Positions 28,364-41,370 of a DNA stretch of 58,033 bases are shown here, piece by piece. The stretch comes from Octopus sinensis. Lineage: Eukaryota. The DNA is taken from contig NW_021835316.1 of the NCBI RefSeq assembly GCF_006345805.1, forward strand, positions 1-58,033, given 5' to 3'. The position numbers and the translations under genes are program-made. Position 1 is the first letter of the stretch; each line of letters opens with the position of its first letter. The notes under the pieces are model-generated. The model ran no database searches, was not told where the DNA came from, and worked only from the letters and a program-made list of their open reading frames with translations.

Positions 28364-29236
28364 TTGGGTCACCCCATAAATAATGCAGTTTTTTCAACTG
28401 CGTGAACTAAAATTCGGAGGAGGACGGGATAAACTACTTGCATCAACTTGCTATAAAATCAGGTACTAACTTTACCTTGTAATTATTCTTAGTGCAAATT
28501 TTGAAGAGTGCAGTTCGATTACAGCAGTTATTCTTTCAAAGCTATAATGGAAGTGACAAAGGAGTATATTCGGCATATTTTGCTTTATGAGTTCAATAAA
28601 GTAACAACGCAATGGAAAGTGCGAGGATATTAATGCAGTATATGGGGATCGGACCATAAGCGTAAGCCAGAGTCAACGGTGATTCCAGAAATTCCGAGCC
28701 GGAAACTATAGCCTAGAAGACGAGCCTCGTCCTGGAACATCTGTCGAGCACGACGAGGAACTAGCAGAGAAGCTTGGATTTGGTCATTCAACCAGTCATT
28801 CAAGTCAGCGCTAGAAGAAAAACGATCATCTTTGGTTTCAAGACGAAAGGTGTTCTTCCATCAGGATAAAGCTCGGCCACGTACTGCGAAGATGGCATTC
28901 CAAAGGCTAGAACAGTTTGAATGGGAAACGATGCCCCACCCACCATATTCGCCGGACATTTCCCCATCTGATTATCATTTATTCCGCAGTCTTCGAAATG
29001 ATTTAGACGAAAAAAATATGAATTCTGTAGACGAGGTCAGAACAGAACTGGAGGAGTATTTTTTGTCATGGACAAGTGAACTTTGGAAGAGGGGCCTTGC
29101 AAGTCTACCAGATAGATGGAAGAGCATTGTAGAAAATGAAAGAGAATATATTTTAGATTAAAAAGAACTTTGTTTATCTAATTTTGAAAAATAAAAGAAG
29201 TATAAAAAAACCCGCATTATTTATGGGATGACCCAG
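28364..29236 (+). mobile_element. Internally deleted mariner element with both TIRs and TA target duplication
   Basis: TA|TTGGGTCACCCCATAAATAATGC ... GCATTATTTATGGGATGACCCAG|TA. Confidence 0.92.
28547..29161 (+). pseudogene. Mariner transposase pseudogene
   Basis: N-terminus MEVTKEYIRHILLYEF...FQKFRAGNYSLEDEPRPG. C-terminus FHQDKARP..PHPPYSPDISPSDYHLF. It has frameshifts, a stop and a central deletion. Confidence 0.9.
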
Positions 29237-29301
29237 TACACACACACACACACCATACACATACACATGTATGTATATGTATATGTATGTATATGTATAT
29301 G

Positions 29302-29332
<31 letters not shown>

Positions 29333-29365
29333 GTATATGTATGTATATATATATATTATATATAT

Positions 29366-29419
<54 letters not shown>

Positions 29420-29562
29420 GAGCATGACTGCAGTCACCTGACTGAAACAAGTAAAACAATATGTATGTGTGTGTGTGTGTGTATGTATGAATATATGTAT
29501 ATCATATATGTATATACGCATATATATGTGTGTGTGTTTGTGTGTGTGCATGTATATTTATA

Positions 29563-29644
<82 letters not shown>

Positions 29645-29659
29645 GAGAGAAAGAGAGAG

Positions 29660-30070
29660 TCTAGGTTTGAGTTCCGTAGAAAAGAATGCTCTCTACATAC
29701 GCCTTGATGTGAAGCACTTGATTGCTGCATGTTTTGAAGTTTGTTACAGGCACTCAGTGTTTCTCCTTTGCTTGTAAGGAAGTCTTTCTTGCTGTCAACA
29801 ACACAGGAGCGTAACTACTTGAAATTATTGACCTCCTTGAGTTGTAAGCCATTTTTGAAACAAATTGGCAGGTGGCTGTCATCCTCACTGTGATGGTCGT
29901 GAATTCAATTTTTCTTTCTTCTGCAGCGTTCTTATGAAATGTTTGCGAGTCATGTGCATTGCTCAGTTGATTAGCTGCGAGAGCAACGTTATTCACGCAG
30001 TCAAGGTCAGAGAGATACAGGCTCTGCTGACGTCTTGTTCGCTGCTTCTTGGTAGCGCAGCCTTTGTCTT
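29660..30070 (-). pseudogene. RTE-like LINE reverse transcriptase remnant
   Basis: RTRRQQSLYLSDLDCVNNVAL (cf. DLDFADDIAL), LKEVNNFK*LRS (cf. FKYLGS), SACNKL and KAYVESILFYGTQT (cf. VESILLYG.ETW). Confidence 0.8.
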
Positions 30071-30079
30071 ACATGCGCG

Positions 30080-30113
<34 letters not shown>

Positions 30114-30220
30114 TGAGCGCGCGCACACACATTTATGCACAACACAATGCAAATCAAAGGGATTGAAATAAATTCAAATATAATACCTCTTAATTTAATC
30201 CATGATGAGATTTTATAGAA

Positions 30221-30612
30221 TAGTTGCAGTATCGCCCGGCGTTTATCGGGTTTGTTTCGACCCTTTAGAATTGGAATTTTTGAAAAGGAAAAATTTTGCA
30301 TTATGTAGCTTGTTATTCTCTCTAAGTGAACATTTTTCTGGTTGAAATACACCGAAAAATGGCGACACAGCAGTAAAAAAAATCGTAAAGAATAGGTATT
30401 TTCATAGAAAAAAAGCAACTTTTTGATGTAAATAATTTTTGATGTTAACGTAGTCCGGTTTGAATTTTTTCTTCTGCGGAAGGAAGAGTAAGCCTTCTAT
30501 CATACTCTCAATTTTGGTTAACTTGCACCGCAGGGTCTCGGAGGAGATAGTGTTAGTTGAAGGCTACCAAACCTACCATACATAGACAACTTCAGCTTTA
30601 TATATAGAGAGA
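30221..30612 (-). mobile_element. Non-autonomous Helitron, second family with related termini
   Basis: The minus strand starts TCTCTCTATATATAAAG and ends with the hairpin CCCGATAAACGCCGGG-CGATACTGC. An internal ~100 bp recurs inverted at 30921-31025. Confidence 0.75.
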
Positions 30613-31536
30613 TGTCTATACACTATAATAAAGAAAGTTGCTTAGTAAATAGTTTGAGTTATGTAACTTTTACTAAAAGATAGCAATTATTAAAGTCTAG
30701 ACTGTCTGGTAAATTTTTGTAAATTCCACTTTCGATATATTTTTATCAACATGCAGTGTTGCGGCTTGTTTTATTATTGAAAATTCCAAGTACATACCGA
30801 TTTTTGCTCACTGTGGAGTAGCGTATTGCATGTATTTTTTTTTCAATACAATTGTAACTGACTCATCAAACTGTATGAGCAAACAAATTTTCAAATTAAA
30901 TACCAATAAATTTAGGATATAAATTATTTACATCGAAAAGGTGCTTTTTTTCTATGAAAATACCTATTCTTTACGATTTTTTTTACTGCTGTGTCGCCAT
31001 TTTTCGGTGAATTTCAACCAGAAATAAATCGTAATGTAAATCATCCGAAAGTTACTTGTGGAAAATTTCATTAAAAATACTCCCTTTCCCGAAAGCTATG
31101 AGCAAACAAAATTTAAGCGTGTGAATTACCCGAAACTCCTCTCCTCAAACAGTTTTTCTCAAGAAATTCCCATATGATCGTAATCTACATTATCTGAAAG
31201 TCGGCAGGACACACGTCTGTACTTATACCCTAAATTTACTGTTCCGAATGCTTGCAACAGAGTAGGCACCGATAAAGTCGCCTTAAGTGCCAACTGGTGG
31301 TGTTAAACCGTGCGACAGGTTAAGTCTACCACCGGACTAGGTCATGGCGGGATTTGAACTCGGATTGCAAAGTGCTGGAATACTTATCGCACGGCAGCCT
31401 ATCCAATGTCCTTACAGTTCCAACATTCCCCCGTTGGATTGGTGCTTTTAACATCGACCCTGAAAAGCTGAGAGGCAAAGTTGGCTTCGACAAGATTTGA
31501 AATCAGAGTACAGGGAATCGGACAAATAGTGTGAAA

Positions 31537-32337
31537 TATAAAGTGCATTTCGGAAGTCTTGAGACCTTTTTTTTATTTTTAGGAGAGGCAGTTATGACTG
31601 TTCTAGATTATTGTAATTTTAGCAAACCATTATTCTGCATCTAATAAGCGGACCAGCCATCTTTTGTTATTTCCAATGGAAAGAGACGGCTGTAATAGTA
31701 TTTTGAACATACCTTACTAAACACTGCTTGTCACAGCTGACAATTTTGCAAGATATAATCGGGACGTTTGGAACTCGCCATGCAATAAATTTTTATGTTA
31801 AACTGGGTAAAACGCTACAAAAACATAGGAAGTGCTTCAGACTGCTTATGAATTAATTGTTTTTCGTTAGCACATCAGGCTCAAGGACGGTTGACAGGAG
31901 GTGAGAAACAATAACAGGTGTGGAAAAGAGAGGGGTCTCAGGACATAAGAGCTGCTTGAGAAAATTCGTAATTTTCTGGACGAAGACCGTCGCGTGTCTA
32001 TAAAGACAATAATCGTACAGTTCGTAGCTGGTGTGGCAACTGTACTCAAAATTATTCATGAAAATCTGGTCATGCGCAAAATTTGTCCTGCTAACTAATT
32101 AACTATTTGAGAGAATTGGTCATCAAACCGGTCCTTAACCTTTCTTACAGCTCAGATCCCCGTGACTTTTGGTTGTACCCCAAGCGAGAGGAGAACCTCA
32201 AGAGTAGTCATTTTGAACACAAGAGTCTTGGACACTTTCACTACATTGAAAAAGATTAGAGTTTTGTACTTCTTTGAAATAAATAGATGTCTCACCCGAA
32301 AAAAAAAAAATTGAATACGTCTGGAATGTACTTCATT
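31537..32337 (+). mobile_element. Old mariner element remnant
   Basis: Peptides RHAINFYVKLGK, LLEKIRNFLDEDRRVSIK..IIHENLVMRKIC and SYSSD/PRDFWLYPK, with degenerate TIRs. Confidence 0.75.
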
Positions 32338-33629
32338 TTCTGTCTGATGTGCCAATGATGCTCTCTCTGATGTTCCGTCAATTCACCACCTGTAATAAAT
32401 CAATATCATATTGATCGTTATTCTTTCAAGGTCGATAAAATAAAATATCAATCAAGTATTGGGAAACGATGTAATCGACTAGTATCTACTAAAATTGCTG
32501 GCTTTATGCCAAAATTTGGAAGGATATTATTCCAGTCCTTTCAGCAAATACGGACAACTCTAGACATATTTCGGCCTTATTATCACCATCTCCATTGATG
32601 CATAGACATCATCGTATTTGCCGAAATCGTGATGAGAGAATCTTTAAGTAAATGCACAGTATTGCTGGCGTAGAAAATTAACATTATTTAGTTAAATTCC
32701 CGCCACCGCCATCACCGACTCTGCCATCGCCGCCGCCGCCGCCATTTGCTAAACGGTCGTTTTCTTCGCTTATTTTGATCGGCTTCTGCTTCAGTTACTT
32801 GGCTGTCGTCTGACTGCGTTCATTTCTTAAAACAACCCTCGCATATTATTTTCTAAAATGTCATCCGATAGTTAAATGTAGGTTATCGTTTGACGTTGAC
32901 AATTTTATAGAAAAGAATCTATTTAGTTCCTGAATGTGTGTGTATGTGTATGTATATGTGTGTGTATTTTATATCTTGTGCTTCAGACTCCGTCAGCTCA
33001 TGTACCAAAAACAGAAAACACTTCTTATCTAAGTAAATGAACCTCTCTCTCTTTGTAACAACTTTCTCATTTCATAACTTTCTCTTTCCAAACTGCTTGT
33101 TTTTCTTATTCTCACGCCTCACCTTATTATCCATCTGCCACTCTCAGTCAATTCCAAGTGAGTGAGTGGTATACTAAACCCAAACAGTGCTGTCACATCC
33201 TTTGACGACTTGCCTCCCACTACCAGCGTCTTAGAATAAGGCCTCACTTATTTTCTTTTCGATAACCTACTAAAATATTTTCTAGCCATTCGCTGTATAG
33301 TATTCTCCAGTCTCCAGTCAGCAGTCAGTCATCAGTCACCATCGTCTTTTGTCCTTTTAACAAGTACACTTTTTGTGCACAAAGAAAAATCTTCAATCGT
33401 CGTTAATTTTCTCGCTTGCGTCATCGTCGCCGTTGTCATAGAGACCATAGCCAGTACTGTTAAAGACGCCGTGGGTTTTTTGATATGATGGAGATTTGAC
33501 TCCTATTTCTTAGAGGGGTCGAGAAATCTCAGGCACGGCGACGGCGAGAAAATTTCCTCCTCCTCCTCCTCCTCCTCATCATCATCATCATCATCACGAT
33601 CCTCATGAACAACAACAACAACAACAACA

Positions 33630-33881
33630 GTTTTCACGAAGAAGCCGGATGAAAGAACCGAAGCAGACCTCTCGAAGGCAGACTTCACAAACATGATACG
33701 CTTCCGTAGTGGTCATCATCCGGCACTCAAGCCCTGACGATGGAACGCTATATCCGTCAACTAGGGGCTACAATGGATGAGATGATTCGTCTCCCTTCCG
33801 CGGCTCTAGCGCTTCTAAGCGTTATTCCCAGTCGCTTGAGGTGACCACCACCACCACCACCACCACCAACAACAACAACAG
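33630..33881 (+). mobile_element. 3' fragment of a probable I-group LINE with CCA/CAA tail
   Basis: LSKADFTNMIRFRSGHHP (cf. RLRTGH), then MERYIRQLGATMDEMIRLPSAALALLSVIPSRLR* and (CCA)n(ACA)n. AACAACAACAACAG flanks both sides. Confidence 0.5.
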
Positions 33882-34129
33882 TAAGCGTTGCTGTTGTTGT
33901 GTTAGTTAGCCCTAAGTTGAGTAAGCCTATGATCAAAGAAATATGGACGGCAAGCATTCTGTTCCATTAGGTTACAGAAGACTTCATTATCTAATGTGCC
34001 CTTTCTTTATCTAAGACTGTAAGATGCGATTTGAAGAATAATTAACTGCTATTTCTAACTACCACATAGTGGTCCACAGTTGATATCATTGATTGTGACC
34101 TAATAAGACTTTCTGTAATTTTTTTATTT

Positions 34130-34425
34130 TTATGCGCCCTTTTCAGGCTCATAGGCCCGGTTTCCCGGTTTCTGTGGCGTATGTGTTGCCCACAGCTGGA
34201 TGGGACGCAAGTCCATCGCAGCGTTACTCAAGAAGCAGGAAGAAAGAGTGAGAGAAAATTGGGGCGAAAGAGTACAACAGGGGTCGCCACCACTCCCAGC
34301 CGGAGCATCGCGGACCTTTAGGTGTTTTCGCTCAATAAACACACACAACGCTCGGTCTGGGAATCGAAACCGCGATTCTCCGACCGCGAGTCCGTTGCCC
34401 TAACCACTGGGCCATTGCGCCACCA
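34130..34425 (-). mobile_element. SINE (head 2 plus tail b)
   Basis: Head GGCGCAATGGCCCAGTGGTTAGGG..GGTTTCGATTCCC; the tail matches 4826-4930. Confidence 0.85.
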
Positions 34426-35109
34426 CAATCTTCTGTTAATAAATAAACATATTACTCCTTCCTTTCTTACACACAGTTGTGGTTGTAGGTTTTAACGGAG
34501 GGAGGCCCCGCGGTAGAATTCTGGTCGCTTGAGGGATATTTGGCTGTATTTCTACCAGCTCAGACGAGTACGTAGAGGTCCTTGTCTTTATCACTGAATT
34601 TGTTTCTTCGTTGACTTTAATAGTAATGGCTATGGTCTCTATGACAACGGCGACGATGACGCAAGCGAGAAAATTAGCAACGATTGAAGATTTCTGTGCA
34701 CAAAAAGTGTTCTTGTTAAAAGGACAAAAGACGACGGTGGTGATTGGTGATCGTTACGAAGAGTAACTTTGAAAGTATTCTTTTGCCGTTATGGGTAACA
34801 TCAGGAAATATGGCGTACACACAATAATTATCAAAGTTTTTGATTGCTTATACAAAACGATGAGATGAATACTAATTTTCAAAAGAAATAGATTTATTAC
34901 AATGAAATAAGATTAGATAAAACAATATTTAAAAAGAAAATGTAAATAAAATTGCTCTCCGTGTTGTTTTTACAGTTTGGAAGTTCATACGTTCACCTCA
35001 CCCACCTCTCACTCTCTCCCCCTTTCACACACACATACACACACGCACTCCCTCTTACACACATCTATGCTGTCTTTCCTCTTCTTTTCCCTCTTCCTCA
35101 TCTTCTGTT

Positions 35110-35190
35110 TCTATGATTCTTTCTTTCTTTCTTTCTTTCTTTCTTGTTTTCTTTCTTTCTTTATTCCTTCCTTCCTTCCTTCTTTCCTTC

Positions 35191-35221
<31 letters not shown>

Positions 35222-35670
35222 TATTCCTTCCTTCCTTCCTTCCTTTCTTTATTCCTTCCTTCCTTCCTTTCTTTCTTGTTTTCTTTCTTTCTTGTTTTCT
35301 TTCTTTCTTGTTTTCTTTCTTTCCTTTCCCCCCCCCTCTCGGTAGCATTCATCTATTCATTGCCTGACACAAAAGCCCGGAATGTGCGCTCATCTTGCAC
35401 CTCTCCGTATCACTCTTTTACTTTCTCCCTTCTCTCCATACGATGCAAAGCGGGACTGGAGAACCAACCAACCAACCAACCAACCAACCAACCAACCAGC
35501 CAACCAACCAACCAACCAACCAAGCAAGCAAGCAACCAAGCAACCAACCAACCAGCCAACCAACCAACCAACCAAACAAGCAACCAAGCAACCAAGCAAC
35601 CAACCAGCTAACCAATCAACCAAGCAGCCTAGCAACTGACCAAACCAATTAACCAATCAGCCAGCCAGCC
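35110..35670. repeat. (TTTC/TTCC)n and (AACC/AAGC)n microsatellites
   Basis: Directly visible. Confidence 0.95.
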
Positions 35671-36699
35671 ACCATGCATTGACTATTATTATAGAGATCC
35701 GACTTTCTGCAATATATAAGTAGATATAAAAGAAACTATAAAAATATAGAAATACTGGAACATCTTTTTTTGTTTCTTTTCTTTTTACTATTTAACAGGT
35801 AGATTAATTTAGCAACGATGAACGGGCTCAATGAAAAGTAAGAGTGGTCTATTGTTTAAGTTCATCATCTGTTTAGCTGAAAATGGAACACGTCGGTTCC
35901 AAGAAAAGAAAATGACAAAATGGTGTCGAAAAAATTAGATTAACGAACGTTCTGCTCGTCTAAGTAATTTCGTTGGACAGCTTGTGTGACTGAGGAAACG
36001 AAAGAGAGATATAGAAAGGAGGAGGAGGAGGAGGAGGAGGAGGAGAGAGAGCGGTGGATGGGTGGGGTGGGGGGAGAAAAGTAAGTGAATACAAATATAC
36101 CCTGCCGCTGTTGGTTTTTAAGTTACTGGTAGTTTAGTCATTGAGTGCTGTCGAATGTTCATACAGACAGTCTAGCTGTCGAAAATAAACTGATATTGAA
36201 CTCCGTCTAACTTAACGTGTAATTGGGTCTCTCTTTTATTTAGCTCTGTCCGTGGCTGGGTTTGTCTCACCGTTTGCCTCTTGTTTGTTACTCTTTGTAT
36301 AAGCCGTGTTTAGCTTAATCACAGCCTGACTGAATTCTAATTAATAATTTTGGATTCACTGGAATATTTACGGATGTCAATCAAAGAATTTGATGTGTAG
36401 TTGTTGGGTGTCGTTGGAGAGATTTTTCGTGATGTCTTCATTTAAGTTGAATGATTCTGTTTTGTGGTTCAACCTTCCAGTTGAAAGAAGAATCCATGTT
36501 CAAATTGAAACAGAGAACTACTACTAGTTAAAAAATCAGAAGTACGTCATTTGGCAAAGTATTCAAAGTTAAAACTGTAAATTGAACACAAAGCAATTTA
36601 GCGAATGGCCATTTTAAAAGAAATAAACTCAGATACACAACCCTTCCATTTTTTGAGATTAAAACATCTCTGTATAATAATCCATTCTACGAGAGACAC

Positions 36700-36893
36700 A
36701 AGGCCTGGAATTTTGGGGAGGAGACTAGTCGATTACATCGACCTCAGTGCTCAACTGGTACTTAATTTATCGACCCCGAAAAGATGAAAGGCAAAGTCGA
36801 CCTCAGCGGAATTTGAACTCAGAACATAGCGACGGGCGAACTACTGCTGAGCATTTCGTCCGGCGTGCTAACGATTCTGCCAGCTCACCGCCT
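36700..36893 (-). mobile_element. SINE family A, alternative tail
   Basis: Matches 54801-55017 and is flanked by ATCTCTGTATAATAAT (36666, 36895). Confidence 0.85.
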
Positions 36894-37580
36894 TATCTCT
36901 GTATAATAATTGCCAATATAAATGTTGGTTGGTTAAATTCTCCAGTCACGCATAAGAGAGCGAGACGAGAGAGAGAGAGAGAGAGAGAGAGGAAGAGGAC
37001 GAGAGAGGAGATGAGAGGAGAGGAGAGAGACGAGATGCGAGAGAGTGGGAGAGGGGGGAGAGAGAGACGAGCTGAGAGGAAGGAGAGGAGAGAGGAGGAC
37101 GAGAGACATGAGGGAGAGAGGATGGAGAGAAGAGAGAGAGAACATACGAAGCTGAAGTTGATAGAGAAATGCTAAATTGACATGAAGTAATGGAGGATGG
37201 TAAAGTTGACAAAAGCTACGTAGTCGATAGCCGGCAAGTGCATGACATGCTTACAGACACACACACATGCACACAATCCACTGTCTACAAACCACACTTA
37301 CACACATATAAATACAATTTAAATAGAACGATAAACTTGAGAATCAGTTGGTAGGATGGAGTAAAGAAACAGAAGGTACAATAATGGTTTAAAACTTTGG
37401 TTTAAGACCAGCAATATTCGTTAGTTGACATCATCGATCTCAGTATTCGACTGGCATGGTACTTAATTTTTCGACCCCGTGAGAATGAAAGGCTAAGTTG
37501 ATCTCCGTGGTATTTGAACTCAACATAAAGAACCGGAAGAAATGCCGGAAACCATTTTTGTCCATTGCATTGGCGATTCG

Positions 37581-38001
37581 TATTTCTTTACTGCCCACAA
37601 GGGGTTACACACAGAGGGGACAAACAAGGACAGACAAACGGATTTAAGTCGATTATATTGACCCAGTGCGTAACTGGTACTTATTTAATCGACCAAAGGA
37701 ATGAATTGAAGGCAATGTCGACCTCAGCGGAATTTGAACTCAGAACGTAGCGGCAGACGAAATACCTATTTCTTTACTACCCACAAGGGGCTAAACACAG
37801 AGAGGACAAACAAGGACAGACAAACACGGATTAAGTCGATTACATCGACCCCAGTGCGCGTAATGGTACTTATTTAATCGAACCCGAAAGGATGAAAGGC
37901 AAAGTCGACCTCGGTGGAATTTGAACTCAGAACGTAGCGACAGACGAAATACTGCTAAGCATTTCGCCCGGCGTGCTAACGATTCTGCCAGCTCGCCGCC
38001 T
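37581..38001 (-). mobile_element. SINE family A head-to-tail dimer
   Basis: The junction GAAATACCTATTTC at 37759-37772 is identical to the one at 21964-21977. Confidence 0.9.
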
Positions 38002-38502
38002 TAATAAACATGCATGATTTAAAAAAAACAAAAAACAAGACCATATAGGAGGTTCCCGAAGAAACAAAATTATTTCAAGGATTCCCGAGAAGAAAATTAA
38101 AAAGAAAAGGTGGTAAACGCTTGCATAGGTAGTTAGTGGTTGAATGTAAAAGAAAGGAGAATAAACATTTGGTCAGCCATATTGAACTTGTAAATACTGA
38201 CAAACACAGTTCTGCCAGTACAAACGTGTATTCAATAAAACCGTACTATCAACCTAGAGAGTTCACATGCACTTCAGTGTGTCTATGAAGCTAGCTACGC
38301 ACACTTCTTAAAGTATTATTGATCGAAAGTGGATTCTTCGACAGAATCCGTCTTCTAATATAAAGGGTCGAACAAATTCAACTTTCACATTACGAAACAA
38401 TAAAATTGTAAACAGAAATAAATGAAGACGATCGTAAACATACATACACACACACACACACAATTATCTGTCTGTCTATCTATCTATCTATCTATCTATC
38501 TA

Positions 38503-38559
<57 letters not shown>

Positions 38560-38590
38560 CGTCTCTCTCCCTCACTTTCTCTCCCCTCTC

Positions 38591-38635
<45 letters not shown>

Positions 38636-38694
38636 GTATCTGTCTGTCTGTCTGTCTGCTTGTCTGCCTGCCTGTCTGTCTGTATGTCTGTCTG

Positions 38695-38726
<32 letters not shown>

Positions 38727-38859
38727 CCCGTCTTTCCCTCACTCTCTATCTATCTTCGCTTGCATGCATACGATATGTGTACAGGCACACGCACACACAC
38801 GCATACACTCGCACACACACACACACACACTCACTCACACACACACACACACACAACAA

Positions 38860-38917
<58 letters not shown>

Positions 38918-39674
38918 AGAACATTTACTTGCTTCAGTCATGGACTGCGGCAAAACTGGAGCAACGTCTTGAAAGGTTTAGTTGAAAACATCAACTCCAG
39001 AACTTATTTTTTAAGCCTGGTGTTTATTCTGTCGTTCTCGTTTGCCAAACCGTTAAGTTACGGTGACGTAAACAAATTAACACCGGCTGTGCGTGTATGC
39101 ATAAGTAGGTATATATATATGTATATATGCGTATGTCTTTGTGTTTGCGTTTGTCTTCCACTCACCACTTGACGACCGGTGTTGCTTTGTTTACGTCTTT
39201 GTAATATAGCGGCTCGGCAAAAAGAGACTGATAGAGTAAGTATCAAATCGATTGCGATTTGACGGGACTTGGGGTGAGTTGTCTCACCTGTCTATGACTA
39301 TGTTTTAACACCCGGCGCTTTGAGAGAGTCAATCTCCACCGCGTCAATTCGCAGCCAACTAACGAACAAGCCAAGCACATACATTGTGTATGTGTGTTCG
39401 ATAACGTTTACAACATTTATGCTGCTTCCAATTCATATTTGAATTTATTACTACGTATTCATCGTTCGGGTATACATGTAAATGGTTTTTACTGCAGTTT
39501 ACATATAGTTACTGACAGTCTATTCAATTTACCTCCGGTTCGGTTTAGGTAGGTAATATTGATAAGCTACAAAAATCACGAAACATCGATGTCCCACACT
39601 CCTAAATGGGACTTTGCGCGAGTTATTTCGCCTGGCACTTTGAGTCAAATCGCAGCCGACAAGCAAAGCATGAC

Positions 39675-39777
<103 letters not shown>

Positions 39778-40551
39778 ACACTATTTCCGGACGGTCACGG
39801 AAAGAATGGCACAAGGCTCACTCTTACTGTTTTAAGTGAAAGAACAGGGAAAATTCCTTTCCTTGCTTTCTAATTTGTCTGCAAACTTATGGACCAAGGT
39901 CTTGTCTGTTCTACAATATACCTTGTTGACAGCGATGTTCACTGACAATTTACAGATAATCAATAGAGCCTGCTATATTTCTTAACAAAAGGCCAGAGTT
40001 AATGTTTCATTATCGTCGCTGGAGGTATTTTCCTCTAGAAAATTTCCTGATACCTGAATATCACAGATTATTCATGAGATACCACATTCGATGAGCCATG
40101 CCGTCTGGGATCGAAGACTAGCAAAACCAGCAAGCAGCAGTAATTGCACTAACACAAGACCACACACACACACACACGGACACACATCGTTAAAGCAGCT
40201 CGCAATCGGCATTATTTTATTGTGTTAATATAAAGTAAGTCTATTTTTTTGATAGCCCTTTTACGTTTCAAAAGAAATTGCTACTCTTTGATCGTCGCAC
40301 GTTGGCTCTTATTTTATATGCATAGACACACGGATATTAAGAACTTCATGGTTGAAAAGAAAGAAAAAGAAAAGGAAAAGAAAAGAAAATCGAATTAAGT
40401 GCATGCATGAAAATTATGTGAGGCATTTCAATTCATTAAACTTAAAATATATTTTATTGACGGAGAAAAAGAAATACAATAATATATAAGGACTGCGGCA
40501 AACGGAATAGAGAAATGAACACCAATAAAACAATAATCTGCTAGTTCACAA

Positions 40552-40613
<62 letters not shown>

Positions 40614-40616
40614 TGC

Positions 40617-40649
<33 letters not shown>

Positions 40650-40672
40650 ATAGATATATATATATACATACA

Positions 40673-40706
<34 letters not shown>

Positions 40707-40744
40707 ATATATATATATATATATACATGTATGTATATGTATGT

Positions 40745-40905
40745 ATTTATAGGGGGAGAGTTCACGAAAAACAAAAGACGAAGACATGTGGTTTAGGAAA
40801 CAACAACAGATTGGATTGGTATAACGCTCAGGGAATGAAAAAGTCTTTACGTTTCGAGCCTACGCTCTTTTACAGAAAGGAACACAGAAAGAAACAAGGA
40901 GAGAT
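40745..40905 (-). mobile_element. Penelope-like terminal fragment with degenerate hammerhead (40845-40879)
   Basis: Minus strand CTTT-CTGTAAA-A-GAGC gtag GCTC-GAAA-CGT-AAAG. It is bounded by (TA)n and shares the ACGCTCAGG context with 49640-49705. Confidence 0.55.
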
Positions 40906-41370
40906 GTTTTATATATATATATATATATATATTTAAAACTTAGTGAGTTAGACGAGGAAAGGCAGTGTCTCTAACACCTTTACATCGGGTCTCCTAGACT
41001 GGTTGGAGATGGGCAAAATGGCGGAATAAATCGCAAGTCGAGCATTACAGCGACATGGAGGAAACACACTGGGATATGGAATAATCATTAGTATACGAAC
41101 CTAGACGATAGCAGTGTGTTGTATCGATATTACAATTGTTAAGTAGTTGAACCAGTGGCAGACAAGTTTTTTTTTTTTTTATAAAATCGTATATATTTAT
41201 ATATATTTTCCATTCACTCTTGATTCTGTTCATAAGAATCGAGCAAGCGTGCTAACATCAAAGCAGTGAAAAAAATCCTTTCGAAACATAAAAGGTAACC
41301 CTGTAGGTATGTTTGTTTGTATGTATGTATGTATGTATGTATGTATGTATGTATGTATGTATGTATGTAT

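Larger units (their letters stand above)
33329..34750. repeat. ~135-bp inverted repeat pair enclosing 1.15 kb
   Basis: 33329-33465 is the reverse complement of 34615-34750 (e.g. CTCGCTTGCGTCATCGTCGCCGTTGTCATAGAGACCATAGCCA). Confidence 0.9.

Noticed and set aside
32700-32850. GCC-rich patch with GCCGCCATTT as a promoter or 5' UTR
   Set aside because: It is a short motif with no downstream exon identified.
33511-33700. Exon-like frame RGREISG..PPPHHHH..QQQ
   Set aside because: It is made of triplet repeats plus a LINE fragment and ends in a stop.
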